A DNA stretch of 64,000 nt from an uncultured Verrucomicrobiae bacterium (GCA_963735805.1 CAVTMK010000001.1:64001-128000), one strand, 5' to 3'; counted from the stretch's first letter, positions 51,555-61,181 are shown. Numbers and translations are program-made. The notes: a model not told the origin generated them from the letters alone.

Positions 51555-53099
51555 TTAGTCAACCTGCGCGATGGCATTCATGAACTCGGAGAAATCCTTC
51601 CCGTTGCGCGCTGCATGATTCAGCGCATCCAAACGCGTATCCACTGCCGCTTCCGGCAGCGCAATGCGGTATGATTGCGCTCCGTTCACAAAAACGATTT
51701 CGTCCCATTGAATAGATGAAATCTCGTCGTTGAAACGAGCGACAGCGCGGCCCCGGAAAAATGCTCGCGTTGTTTCTGGCGGGCTAAAAATCGCAGTCTT
51801 GATTTCTTCCTCGCTCGTAATGCGGCGCATCAAACCTTTCCGTACCAGTTCATAATATAATCCCCGGTCTAAATCGAGATTGTGATACTCAAGGTCAATG
51901 GATTGCAGCCATGGGTCGCTCCAGGCAAGTTCTTCTTCGTTTCGTAAGGCCTCCAGCAGAAACTTCTTCGCAACCCAGTCAACGCGGTCCCGCGTCGACG
52001 TGACCTCCCTCTCGAGATCATTGAGTACACTTTCCCATTCACGTAGAATCCATCTCCATTCCTCACTGTTGTCTGAACTACCAAAGCCTGACGAAGGTGG
52101 ATCCAGTTTGCTCGCAGCGCGCAAATAAATCCGTTGCACATCAATCGCAGAGATTTTGCGCCCATCTTTAAGTTCGATGATCCAATCGTAGGTCTGATCG
52201 CGGCTAATCGATTTGTTTGCATCAACTGGCTGCGCGATCTCAAGCTGCGGCGCCTGCCCGCGCTCAATCAGGTCGAGTACGAGCGCAGTGGTTCCAATTT
52301 TCATAGCCGTGGCCCATTCGCTCATATTTGAGTCGCCAAGAATGACATGGAACCGACGATAGCGGCTCGCGTCTACATGTGGCTCGTCGCGTGTGTTGAT
52401 CAAAGGGCGGCGATTCATCGTATCGATGCTCACAACCACACTGAAAAAATCGGCGCGCTGCGATATTTGATAGATGCCAGGCTCTCCCTGCGCGCTTTCG
52501 GCTTCGATTCCCATCTTACCGGCGCCGGCGAAAATCTGACGAGTAATGAGGAACGGCAGCATGCCAGCGACAATCCGATCCCACGCGACATCGCGTCTCA
52601 TCAGATAATTGTCATGGCAACCGTAACTGTGGCCGGCAAAATCAGTATTATTTTTATAAAGCCGAACTTCAAATCCGGGAGGCAATTTCTGATTTCGACG
52701 TCGTGCGCACTCCGCCAGAATGCGTTCCCCTGCTTTGTCCTGTGCCGCAATCTGCCGAAGCGTAGTGCATTCCGGCGTAGAATATTCCGGATGTGCGTGA
52801 TCGTTGTAAAACCGCGCGCCATTTGAGAGTACGAGGTCGCTCTTTATTTCCTCGAAGCTCAGAGGACGGCGCTTATCAATCTCGTAATAGGCCGATTCGT
52901 CCGTGTCTTGAAGTAATTCTCGCGCGCGAAATCCTCGTGCGTCGAGATGCGGGTCTTCCAGTTCGTAGTCCCATTTCATCAGCGCACCATTCTCGGTATA
53001 ACGCCGCACCAATTCGATCGATTCGGCCACTACATCGACAGTCTCAGCACCGCTGAGAGTAATGCCGTATTCCGTCTCCAGCCCAAAGACGCGTTTCAT
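51555..53099 (-). CDS. dop: Pup deamidase/depupylase Dop (PafA/Dop family)
   Basis: GLETEYGI, Dop-loop-like WDYELEDPHLDARGF, NGARFYNDHAHPEYSTPE, YGCHDNY, SQRADFF, RPLINTRDEPH. Confidence 0.85.
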   Translation of the reverse strand: MKRVFGLETEYGITLSGAETVDVVAESIELVRRYTENGALMKWDYELEDPHLDARGFRARELLQDTDESAYYEIDKRRPLSFEEIKSDLVLSNGARFYNDHAHPEYSTPECTTLRQIAAQDKAGERILAECARRRNQKLPPGFEVRLYKNNTDFAGHSYGCHDNYLMRRDVAWDRIVAGMLPFLITRQIFAGAGKMGIEAESAQGEPGIYQISQRADFFSVVVSIDTMNRRPLINTRDEPHVDASRYRRFHVILGDSNMSEWATAMKIGTTALVLDLIERGQAPQLEIAQPVDANKSISRDQTYDWIIELKDGRKISAIDVQRIYLRAASKLDPPSSGFGSSDNSEEWRWILREWESVLNDLEREVTSTRDRVDWVAKKFLLEALRNEEELAWSDPWLQSIDLEYHNLDLDRGLYYELVRKGLMRRITSEEEIKTAIFSPPETTRAFFRGRAVARFNDEISSIQWDEIVFVNGAQSYRIALPEAAVDTRLDALNHAARNGKDFSEFMNAIAQVD

Positions 53100-53192
53100 C
53101 ACATCCTGCTCTTTTCCGATGTCAGTCGGCCAATGCCCAGAAGGAGACCAAGCTCAACCGGTGCAACGCTATGGTCATTTCGTCTTCGCTTC

Positions 53193-54878
53193 TCAGATCA
53201 CGCCAAACGTTCCGCGAGCGCGTGCATCGGAAACGGGTCTGACAGGCGAAATTTTGACGACGTTTTCCGGATCGTAATCAATCAACTTAAGCCAGTCTTC
53301 GGTAATGTCCGTGGTCGGAAAAATATCGTTCTCCATATACTCCGCATTAAAGGCGAGCTGCAAATCCGTCTCACGAAGTCCCTCCTCTTGTTGGGTGGCG
53401 ATGGCCCGTTTGATCGCCATCGCTTTCGCGCGCTCTACGATCGAGGCAATGATCGCGCCACTGATAAGATCACTGCGGTAAAGCGTCTCCTTGCGTCCGC
53501 TGCGCAGTGTCACCTCAAGAAATTTGTTTTCGTCGCGGCGCGTAAACTGCCATTCCACAAAGCGCTCGATTAGACGATCGATGGATGCGCTCATTCCATC
53601 AGCTTCCTTGGCAAGCACACCGTCGTAAGGAAGGGTATCCGTAAGGTAGATACGATAAATTTCCCGCGTGCCGTGCTTGTCTGGTCGGTTAACTTTTATT
53701 TTTCGATCGATCCGGCCCGGCCGCAGAATTGCTGGATCGATCAGATCGGCGCGATTGGAAGCGAGGATAATGACGACGTCGTTGAGTGAATCGATTCCAT
53801 CCATCTCCGAGCAAAACATGGGAACCAACGTCGAGAGAATGTTCGAATGACGCGACGCGCGGCGCGTGCCGAGAATCGATTCGGCCTCGTCGATGAATAA
53901 AAATGGCATAAAGCCTTCACCGCGTTTCTCGCGGGCGGTAGCAAAAATCTCGCGCACCATCCGTTCGGACTCACCCACCCACATGTTCAGAATTTCGGGG
54001 CCCTTGACGTGCATGAAGTATTCCTGCATGTCAGCGGCCGTTTTTTCCCGAAGCTGTCTGGTCAAATTGTAAGCCGTCGCCTTTCCAATCAGGGTCTTCC
54101 CACAACCCGGCGGTCCGTAAAGCAGAAAACCTTTGGGCGTGGCGTGCTGAAATTTTTGAAAAAGATCGGCATGCAAAAGTGGGAGCTCAATCGCATCTTT
54201 GATTGCCTGCAGCGCCGCTTCCTGGCCGCCCACCTTTTCCCATGGCAACTCGGGAACGTTGTCGAGAAAATGTTCCTGAGATTTGGGGCTCGAGAGCATT
54301 TCTAACGCCATGCGATAGTTTGAGTCGACACGAACTTCGTCGCCTGATTTCAAGGTCGAGTCGGTAAGATCGGCGGAACGCTGCAACACCATCGATTGCA
54401 ATCCGTGTTCCGAACCTACCCGCAGGCGATCTTTGCCAAGCACTTCTGTGACTTTTGTCACTGGGCCCGCTGTCTCAAATCCGAGATCTCCAACAATAAC
54501 GAATGCTTCGTTGACCAGGACACGCGTTCCCTTTTTCAGCTTTGCGAGCGGAATGCGCGGATCGACGTTGCAGTAGTAATCGGCGCCGCCCACCACGATG
54601 TGGGCTGTGTCTTTCGAAATGGCTCCGAGAAATGTGCCGATCCGGTTTGCAGGCGAAGTCACTTTCTTAATGACCTCCTCCAGTTTCTCGATCATTCGGC
54701 GCGCTTCGACCATCGTCTCCTCTTGGTCGGCAATCTGCGGACGTATTTCCAACAGATCGCGCCGAACCGGATCGCCCGGAGGCAACAACGCAATCACTTG
54801 ATCAAATGAATCGAGGAGATTGCCCGGGCCCGAGTCCCCAACCCCGTCCTGAAGTCCCTCGCTGCGCTCGTCACTCAT
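53193..54878 (-). CDS. arc: Proteasome-associated AAA ATPase ARC/Mpa homolog
   Basis: Coiled coil plus OB region, GPPGCGKT, VKGPEILNMWVGESER, FIDEAES, SNRADLIDPAILRPGRID; adjacent to dop. Confidence 0.87.
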   Translation of the reverse strand: MSDERSEGLQDGVGDSGPGNLLDSFDQVIALLPPGDPVRRDLLEIRPQIADQEETMVEARRMIEKLEEVIKKVTSPANRIGTFLGAISKDTAHIVVGGADYYCNVDPRIPLAKLKKGTRVLVNEAFVIVGDLGFETAGPVTKVTEVLGKDRLRVGSEHGLQSMVLQRSADLTDSTLKSGDEVRVDSNYRMALEMLSSPKSQEHFLDNVPELPWEKVGGQEAALQAIKDAIELPLLHADLFQKFQHATPKGFLLYGPPGCGKTLIGKATAYNLTRQLREKTAADMQEYFMHVKGPEILNMWVGESERMVREIFATAREKRGEGFMPFLFIDEAESILGTRRASRHSNILSTLVPMFCSEMDGIDSLNDVVIILASNRADLIDPAILRPGRIDRKIKVNRPDKHGTREIYRIYLTDTLPYDGVLAKEADGMSASIDRLIERFVEWQFTRRDENKFLEVTLRSGRKETLYRSDLISGAIIASIVERAKAMAIKRAIATQQEEGLRETDLQLAFNAEYMENDIFPTTDITEDWLKLIDYDPENVVKISPVRPVSDARARGTFGVI

Positions 54879-55040
54879 TTATGGTTTGGGTCGATCCGCC
54901 GAACCGTTTTTCACTATACTGCTATCGATCTCGTTCGCAATCTTCACTCGTGAAAGTTTTCGGAGTTCGACGCTGTCCCCATATAAAATGTTCAACCATT
55001 ATGTCGATTTCGTGTTGCGCAAAAGCCTCTTCTCCATGAG

Positions 55041-55069
55041 TTGCGACTGAAGACAGCCGCCTCTACAAT
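55041..55069 (+). promoter_or_regulatory. Putative sigma70 promoter of tRNA-Asp
   Basis: TTGCGA-17 bp-TACAAT just upstream of the tRNA. Confidence 0.5.
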
Positions 55070-55082
55070 TTGGTCTTCACGA

Positions 55083-55156
55083 GGAGCCTTAGCTCAATTG
55101 GTTAGAGCGCCGCCCTGTCACGGCGGAGGTTGCGGGTTCGAGCCCCGTAGGCTCCG
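55083..55156 (+). tRNA. tRNA-Asp(GTC)
   Basis: GGAGCCT/AGGCTCC acceptor stem, CTGTCAC anticodon loop, TTCGA T-loop. Confidence 0.96.
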
Positions 55157-55280
55157 GATCTTCCGATCAACTGTTTCCGCTGCCCCCGGTAACTGGCTTT
55201 ATAGCTTAGAAAGAAAAACGGAAAGCGCGCAAACCGAGAGGAGGACAACAACGGGCAGAAGAATTTACCCAAGTAGAAAA

Positions 55281-55601
55281 TCAACGTCGCATGATGTGAA
55301 TCGACAGGATACGGCTTTGATGACGGGCGAGTAGATAATCGACGAAGTCCCCGATAATTGAGTTTGGCTTATTGCCAAGCTTTGTCACAACCCGGCAGAT
55401 CAGCGTGCTACTGCGCGCGTGCCATTCCAGATTGATCGCGCCGTGCGCGGTCTCACTATGAATTTTAGCCCAGCCGTGAGGCCGACCGGGCCGCTGATGT
55501 TCAGCGGGAATCAGATTAAACCGCCGGAGTTGAGCATCTGTCATAATCTTTTCCCGCAACGACCCACGCCCGGTAGTGATGACTTGGATCACCGTCTGCA
55601 T
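55281..55601 (-). CDS. Hypothetical protein
   Basis: 106-aa ATG ORF, globular composition, same strand as its neighbours. Confidence 0.65.
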   Translation of the reverse strand: MQTVIQVITTGRGSLREKIMTDAQLRRFNLIPAEHQRPGRPHGWAKIHSETAHGAINLEWHARSSTLICRVVTKLGNKPNSIIGDFVDYLLARHQSRILSIHIMRR

Positions 55602-55658
55602 TTACCTAGGTTCAACAGGAAATCATCTCCTTTGCAATGTTTGTTTCGAGCAAACCCG

Positions 55659-56156
55659 CTAAGCCTGGTCTGCAAGAAGCGAACGATACATCACGTAAAC
55701 GTCCACGTATCCCTTTTCGGTATGACGAAATGCGCCTGGCAAAGTGCCGACGATTTTGAACCCGAGCTTTTGCCAAAGACGAACCGCGGATGCGTTTGTT
55801 GAAATAACAAAATTAAACTGCATCGCGCGAAAACCGAACCGGCGCGCCTCGATCAAACAATGCTCGGCCATCGCGTGACCAACTCTCTGACCTTGCGCAT
55901 CGGGAGCAACCATGAACGCCGCGTTCGCAACGTGCGATCCGCCGCCGGACTGATTAGGTCTCAATATGTAAGTGCCTACAACCTGTCCGCCGGTTTCTGC
56001 GACGTACACACGAGTATTCTTTCCACACCAATACTGCAGCGCCTCCTCGCGTGAGAGATTTGGGTCAAACGCGTAGGTGTCTCCGGCGGAAACGATCTCG
56101 TGAAAGATTTCCCAGATCGCGTCACGATCCGGATGCGTTGCTGGGCGAATCTTCAT
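55659..56156 (-). CDS. GNAT N-acetyltransferase
   Basis: GDTYAF, SHVANAAFMV, QGQRVG, AMQFNFVISTN, WQKLGF. Confidence 0.92.
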   Translation of the reverse strand: MKIRPATHPDRDAIWEIFHEIVSAGDTYAFDPNLSREEALQYWCGKNTRVYVAETGGQVVGTYILRPNQSGGGSHVANAAFMVAPDAQGQRVGHAMAEHCLIEARRFGFRAMQFNFVISTNASAVRLWQKLGFKIVGTLPGAFRHTEKGYVDVYVMYRSLLADQA

Positions 56157-56243
56157 CCTCGCAATGAAAACTGTAAGGTGACGCGGTCAGATTTCGCGGT
56201 CGAAGATCCTGTCAAAGTGCGAGCCACGCGCCGAGAGCAGCCT

Positions 56244-57317
56244 TTACCTGGTTTGAAACGTGACAGGAACCGTCGCCACCCATTCTTGACCGGGCGCCGA
56301 TTTCCACTGCCGAAGCGTGCTAAGCGCAGATTGGTCGAGCACATTATTCCCAGTTGATTGGATAATCTGGATGTTGGTCACGTTTCCCCTGGCGTTGAAA
56401 TTCAGCCGGAAGCGACCCGACCACGCTGCGCCGGGACGAGAACGTACCTCCGAAGGAAACGGTGGCGCCGGCGCGTGAATTAATCGCGGCTTAGGCGTGG
56501 GGCGAGGCGTGGGCGTAGGTGTAACGGTGGCTTGAGCAGTCTCCGGCCATCGAGGCTTGGCGTCCGGGGAGATTCGGTCCAAGAACGAGTTCATCGTGTT
56601 CGAAGGAGAAATATTCGCTTTCTCACCGCTTGATATGACCATGCCCACAACCTCACTCTTCATGTCCACAATCGGCGAACCGACAGCATCGGGCGGGAGT
56701 GTTGCCGCGATTTCCACGCGCTCCGGTTGCTGCATTGAGATTGCCGTCTGCTTAACGGCTTCGACACCCCCGGCCAGCGCGCTGCTTACTACTCCAATCC
56801 GTGTACCGCTTTCGAGGTTTGAAACCTTACTCAACGTCAGAAATGGCACATACTTCGCGTCGGCTTGAAGAATAGCCAAGTCGAGCGCGGTGGAAGTTGC
56901 GAGCACCCCGATCACATTAAAAATTCTGCCATCAGCCATCTTCGCCACAGCATTGACCCCGCCATCTATGGCGTGCGAGGTAGTAATGAATCTACCTTCA
57001 CCTGAAATAAAAAATGCAGTCTCTGTTCGTAGCAACTTGCCGGACGAATCAAACACCGTGATCGAAAAGACCGCCGGCCGAATGGTGTTCTCTACTCGCG
57101 ACAAATCCAGAGTCGATTCCTGCGCCGTCGCCGCCGGAGTCGGCGACGGCGACGGCGACGAGATCGGAGCTTGAGAGGGATTGGAACCCGCAGGTAACGT
57201 CGACTGCGCGGGCGACTGTTCACCGACAACTCGGGAAGTCGATTTTCGCCCGCATCCCGCCGTCGCCAAGATCGTCAGAAAAAGCGAGTATCCAAGGGTA
57301 AGCCGCAATAATCTCAT
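56244..57317 (-). CDS. Lipoprotein with trypsin-like domain fused to a TonB C-terminal domain
   Basis: Lipobox TAG-C; FFISGEG..ITTSHAI, DLAIL, GSPIVD; C-terminal GNVTNIQIIQSTGNNVLDQSAL..LRQWK..P..VPVTF. Confidence 0.75.
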   Translation of the reverse strand: MRLLRLTLGYSLFLTILATAGCGRKSTSRVVGEQSPAQSTLPAGSNPSQAPISSPSPSPTPAATAQESTLDLSRVENTIRPAVFSITVFDSSGKLLRTETAFFISGEGRFITTSHAIDGGVNAVAKMADGRIFNVIGVLATSTALDLAILQADAKYVPFLTLSKVSNLESGTRIGVVSSALAGGVEAVKQTAISMQQPERVEIAATLPPDAVGSPIVDMKSEVVGMVISSGEKANISPSNTMNSFLDRISPDAKPRWPETAQATVTPTPTPRPTPKPRLIHAPAPPFPSEVRSRPGAAWSGRFRLNFNARGNVTNIQIIQSTGNNVLDQSALSTLRQWKSAPGQEWVATVPVTFQTR

Positions 57318-57435
57318 CGTTGGCTACGCCGAGATAGTGTGGAACAGGAAGCGCCGTCCAATCAAGCCGACAAATCGAGCCTTATGAAACAAAGCGCCAG
57401 CCAATCGCGCTCCCTTAAAACACCAAATGCGGGAT

Positions 57436-57585
57436 TCAATGCCGCTTAAAGTACTGAACTGCTCGCTCGTGTTTCTGCGCAGCGGCTTTCGTCTTGAAGG
57501 TTCCCAAATTCCTGCGCTTTCCCGTTTTTGGATTTTTCTTTCGCGAGTATAACCGGTACTTACCAGACTTAAGTTTCCTGATCAT
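57436..57585 (-). CDS. 49-aa highly basic small protein (absent from the ORF track)
   Basis: Translated by hand: MIRKLKSGKYRLYSRKKNPKTGKRRNLGTFKTKAAAQKHERAVQYFKRH*. Confidence 0.75.
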   Translation of the reverse strand: MIRKLKSGKYRLYSRKKNPKTGKRRNLGTFKTKAAAQKHERAVQYFKRH

Positions 57586-57640
57586 GCTGTCTTGATGCTA
57601 AGGGGCAAGTCCCACTCGCCAAAGAACTCTCGCCGATTGG

Positions 57641-58069
57641 TCAGGCATTTGGCCGCGCTCGCGCTACGCTGCAATAGCAAAGGACAACCAGAACGGCGAG
57701 AATTGCTAAATCCAGAGCCAGGTGCGCGGGGAAACTCCAATTCTGGCTTGCGTGACCGAAACAGCCGCAAGTGATATCGAGGCCGCGAGCTTTTGCAGCA
57801 ATCGTAGCGACGAGGAAGATCAACACGAGCACGGTCAAAATCGACAATGCACCGCGGTAGAGGATCCGAAAAATCAGGGCGAGACCGCAGAAAATTTCCA
57901 ACCACGGCAGATAAAAAGCGAGCCCGGTCCCAATGGTCCACGGTAGAATCTTATAGTGATCAATGTCGTGAGCGAACTGGACCGGATCCATTACTTTAAG
58001 CACGCCGGCATAAATAAAAACGGCGGCGATGATAAGATCGAGGATCCGCCAGGCGAACAATTTAACCAT
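57641..58069 (-). CDS. MauE/DoxX-family redox-associated membrane protein
   Basis: FIYAGVLK, LPWLEI, GLDITCGCFG. Confidence 0.87.
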   Translation of the reverse strand: MVKLFAWRILDLIIAAVFIYAGVLKVMDPVQFAHDIDHYKILPWTIGTGLAFYLPWLEIFCGLALIFRILYRGALSILTVLVLIFLVATIAAKARGLDITCGCFGHASQNWSFPAHLALDLAILAVLVVLCYCSVARARPNA

Positions 58070-58086
58070 TTAACGACTTAGATATC

Positions 58087-58515
58087 TTAACGATTCTTTT
58101 TTACCCAAGCTTCCCAGCCGCCTTTAAGCACGAACACATCAGGAAGCTGCGCTTCCTTGCGCAGCCGTTCGGCCACTTCGCGCGCCAGATCACAACTTTG
58201 CGCGCTGCAATAAACGACGACCTTTAGACCCGGAGACCACGCAGCTAAAAACTGCGGCAACAATTCGTTCCAGCGATCTTCGTTCAGCGAAATCGCACCG
58301 GACACGTGATCACGAGCGAACTCCACATCCGGGCGAGCATCGACCCAGATGACAGTGCCACCCCACTGCTGCGCCTGATCGACGCTCACCATTTCCGAAG
58401 GCGGAATTGGTGATTGCCAGGAAATCTGGTCGCGAAAATAGATCGCTTGCCCTATGCCGGGAAGAAGAGAGACCGCCGCAAGGATGAGCGCCTGGCGTAC
58501 CAGTAAAACTTTCAA
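58087..58515 (-). CDS. Exported rhodanese-like domain protein
   Basis: WVDARP, HVSGAISL, VVYCSAQSC, VLKGGWEAW. Confidence 0.87.
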   Translation of the reverse strand: MKVLLVRQALILAAVSLLPGIGQAIYFRDQISWQSPIPPSEMVSVDQAQQWGGTVIWVDARPDVEFARDHVSGAISLNEDRWNELLPQFLAAWSPGLKVVVYCSAQSCDLAREVAERLRKEAQLPDVFVLKGGWEAWVKKNR

Positions 58516-59267
58516 TGGGTTTGGCTAGCCGGCGCAGGCGGGCGAGCCGGCGGAGTCCCGGCGCCCTGAGCACCCGGAGCTTTCTGAATAGTCGGAGCAC
58601 CCGGCGCAAACGGCGCAGTCGGAGCAGTCGTGATGCGGGCGGTGGCGTAAAATGTCTTTGGGGAATTCTCTGATTGAATCGTCAAGGTCGAAGCCATGAG
58701 ACGGCCCGTTTCTTTGGGTTGGACGTCAACTTTGAATTGGCCGTTGCCGGTTTGCTCGACTTTGGTCTGAAAATCCGGGCTCGACGAGGTGACCTTGATA
58801 TTTTTCACAGTAAAATCCTTCCCCGCGCGAACCGTGATGGTCTTCGGATCCGGTTTTTCGTCTTTTTTCCAAAAAACGAACGTTGGACTGATCTCCAGCT
58901 CCGATGGAATCATAGCCCGAAGAGTGAGGACTGTTTTTTGATTGGCGGCCTCATCGGTTTCCACCGTGACGGTCTTAACCTGAGTGCCAGTGCGATCGCC
59001 GATGTTAAACGTCGCGGTAATCTCGCCTTTTTCACCGGGCGCAACCTGGTCTTTTTGCGATTGCGCAGCTGTGCAACCGCACGAGGCGTGGACTGACTTA
59101 AAATGAATCGGCGCCTTGCCTGTGTTCTGGTATTTGAAATGACCGATTGCCTGTTTATCGCCACGTGCCGGGTGCAGTTCAACCGAGGTTTGCTCCCATT
59201 TCAGCTCTGCGCGGGCAGTCAGGCAAAGAACGAACGACAAGGTGAAAGTGAAAATATGGGTTTTCAT
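58512..59267 (-). CDS. DUF1573 domain secreted protein
   Basis: Signal peptide, FKYQNTG, VHASCGCT, VAPGEKGEI. Confidence 0.85.
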   Translation of the reverse strand: MKTHIFTFTLSFVLCLTARAELKWEQTSVELHPARGDKQAIGHFKYQNTGKAPIHFKSVHASCGCTAAQSQKDQVAPGEKGEITATFNIGDRTGTQVKTVTVETDEAANQKTVLTLRAMIPSELEISPTFVFWKKDEKPDPKTITVRAGKDFTVKNIKVTSSSPDFQTKVEQTGNGQFKVDVQPKETGRLMASTLTIQSENSPKTFYATARITTAPTAPFAPGAPTIQKAPGAQGAGTPPARPPAPASQTH

Positions 59268-60136
59268 TTTTTTGAATAGAAGCGCGTAATATAATCAGAG
59301 ACGGCCTCTCGCCAAGTGCGAGCTGATGTGCCCGTTAATTTTGTGTATTTCGCGACGGAGAGCACAGAATAGACAGGGCGGGGCGCGATCCAGTTGGCCA
59401 TGTTTGCCAGCTTCGTTGCACCAACGGTCCTCGCTCTGAGAGGCAGCCCGGCATCGTGGCAACAGTCCAACGCCCATTGAGCGTATTGCTGCCAACTGCA
59501 TTGTCCGGCGTTCGCAAAATGCAAGATGCCGTTTTCGACTTCTGCATCGAAAAACTGTGGCAACATCCGGGCAATGTCGAGGGTGTAACTCGGGGCAGAG
59601 AATTTGTCAGCGATTGCATCGACATCCTCACTTTCCTGTGCCCTCTTGATCATGGCGTCGATAAAGCTCGGACGATCCGGTCCAAAGACCCAGGAGACGC
59701 GTACCACCAGATTCCGATCGTGCGTAGCCAGCACATTCTTTTCTCCAGCCAGTTTCGATTGACCATAAACACTGATTGGATTCGCGTCATCTTTTTCGGT
59801 GTACGGTTCGCGCTTGGCTCCGTCGAATACGTAATCGGTGCTGAAGTGAATCAGTCTGGCATTCTTTTGGCCGCAAATCTCGGCCAGCACGCCAGGCGCC
59901 TCCGCGTTGATGAGAAATGCCCGATCGGGTTGCGTTTCGCAAAGATCGACCTTCGTGAAACCCGCTGCGTTAATCACGGTGTCAAAACCGGTGTTCGCCA
60001 GTTTTTCCCGCGCGCCGCTTAAATCCGAAAGATCCAGCTGGGTGCGATCGAAGCCGGTGACGTCAAATTTGTCGCGATATTGGCGAAACAGTGCCGCCCC
60101 AAGCCGTCCGCCTGCGCCCAGAATCAAGATTTTCAT
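59264..60136 (-). CDS. rfbD: dTDP-4-dehydrorhamnose reductase
   Basis: GAGGRLG, NAAGFTKVD, HFSTDYVFDG, YGQSKLAGE. Confidence 0.95.
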   Translation of the reverse strand: MKILILGAGGRLGAALFRQYRDKFDVTGFDRTQLDLSDLSGAREKLANTGFDTVINAAGFTKVDLCETQPDRAFLINAEAPGVLAEICGQKNARLIHFSTDYVFDGAKREPYTEKDDANPISVYGQSKLAGEKNVLATHDRNLVVRVSWVFGPDRPSFIDAMIKRAQESEDVDAIADKFSAPSYTLDIARMLPQFFDAEVENGILHFANAGQCSWQQYAQWALDCCHDAGLPLRARTVGATKLANMANWIAPRPVYSVLSVAKYTKLTGTSARTWREAVSDYITRFYSKK

Positions 60137-60188
60137 GCCTGCCTATGTATGGATAACTGCCTCGCCGGTGGTCCCCCGGCATCGAAAG

Positions 60189-61181
60189 TCACTCGTATCT
60201 TCCAGCGCGCTCAAGCAACGGCTCCCACCACGACCGGTTCTCAATGTACCACTGAATGGTTTCGTCGAGGCCTTCCTTGAAATTGCGGAGGGGCTTCCAC
60301 TTCAGCTCGCATTGCGCATATGACGAGTCGATTGCGTATCGGCGATCATGACCGAGTCTGTCGGTCACAAACGAAATCAGGCTGTGCGGCTTGCGTAGTT
60401 TATCGAGAATCATTTTTACGACGTCGATATTCACCATCTCACCGTCACCGCCGAAATTATAGATCTGGCCAGGTTTCCCCTCGAAAAGCGCCGCCACGAT
60501 GGCAGCGCAGTGGTCTGTGACATGGATCCAATCGCGCACGTTCATGCCGTCACCATAAACCGGAAGTGGTTCGTCACGGAGCGCCTTGATGATCATAAGC
60601 GGAATCAGTTTTTCTGGAAATTGATAAGGGCCGTAATTGTTCGAACAACGCGTCACCAGCACGTCCTGGCCATAGGTCCTATGACAGGCAAGCGCTAGCA
60701 GGTCGGCGCCGGCTTTGCTGGCCGAATATGGTGAACTTGGATCGAGCGGCGATTGCTCGGTGAATTTGCCGGTTGCGCCGAGCGAGCCGTAAACTTCGTC
60801 AGTCGAGACTTGAATGAAGCGCTGGACACCGTGACGGCGAGAGCAATCCAGCAGTACGCTCGGACCGATCACATTTGTATGAATGAAATTCAGGGGATCG
60901 TTAATGCTGCGATCCACGTGCGATTCAGCTGCGAAGTTGACGACGGTATAGAACTGATGCTCCGTCATCAGTGCGTCCATTTGATCGGCGTTTGCGATAT
61001 CGGCTTTGAAAAACTCGTAGCGTTCGCCATGTTCTTCGACCACGCCGTCGAGATTGGCGATGTTGCCGGCATAAGTAAGCACATCGACGTTGGTCACGTA
61101 CGCGGGCTTGTAATGTTGCAAAATATATCGAATAAAGTTGCTCCCGATGAATCCACAGCCACCGGTTACAAGGATGCGCAT
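60189..61181 (-). CDS. rfbB: dTDP-glucose 4,6-dehydratase
   Basis: VTGGCGFIGSNF, FAAESHVDRS, STDEVYG, YSASKA, NNYGPYQFPEK. Confidence 0.96.
   Translation of the reverse strand: MRILVTGGCGFIGSNFIRYILQHYKPAYVTNVDVLTYAGNIANLDGVVEEHGERYEFFKADIANADQMDALMTEHQFYTVVNFAAESHVDRSINDPLNFIHTNVIGPSVLLDCSRRHGVQRFIQVSTDEVYGSLGATGKFTEQSPLDPSSPYSASKAGADLLALACHRTYGQDVLVTRCSNNYGPYQFPEKLIPLMIIKALRDEPLPVYGDGMNVRDWIHVTDHCAAIVAALFEGKPGQIYNFGGDGEMVNIDVVKMILDKLRKPHSLISFVTDRLGHDRRYAIDSSYAQCELKWKPLRNFKEGLDETIQWYIENRSWWEPLLERAGRYE

Noticed and set aside
53100..53192. Pup/UBact gene between arc and dop
   Set aside because: Only an 18-codon ORF (MTIALHRLSLVSFWALAD) is present, without a G[EQ] terminus.
48421..54878. aat plus arc/dop as one proteolysis operon
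   Set aside because: They are separated by guaA and two other opposite-strand genes; proximity alone is not evidence.
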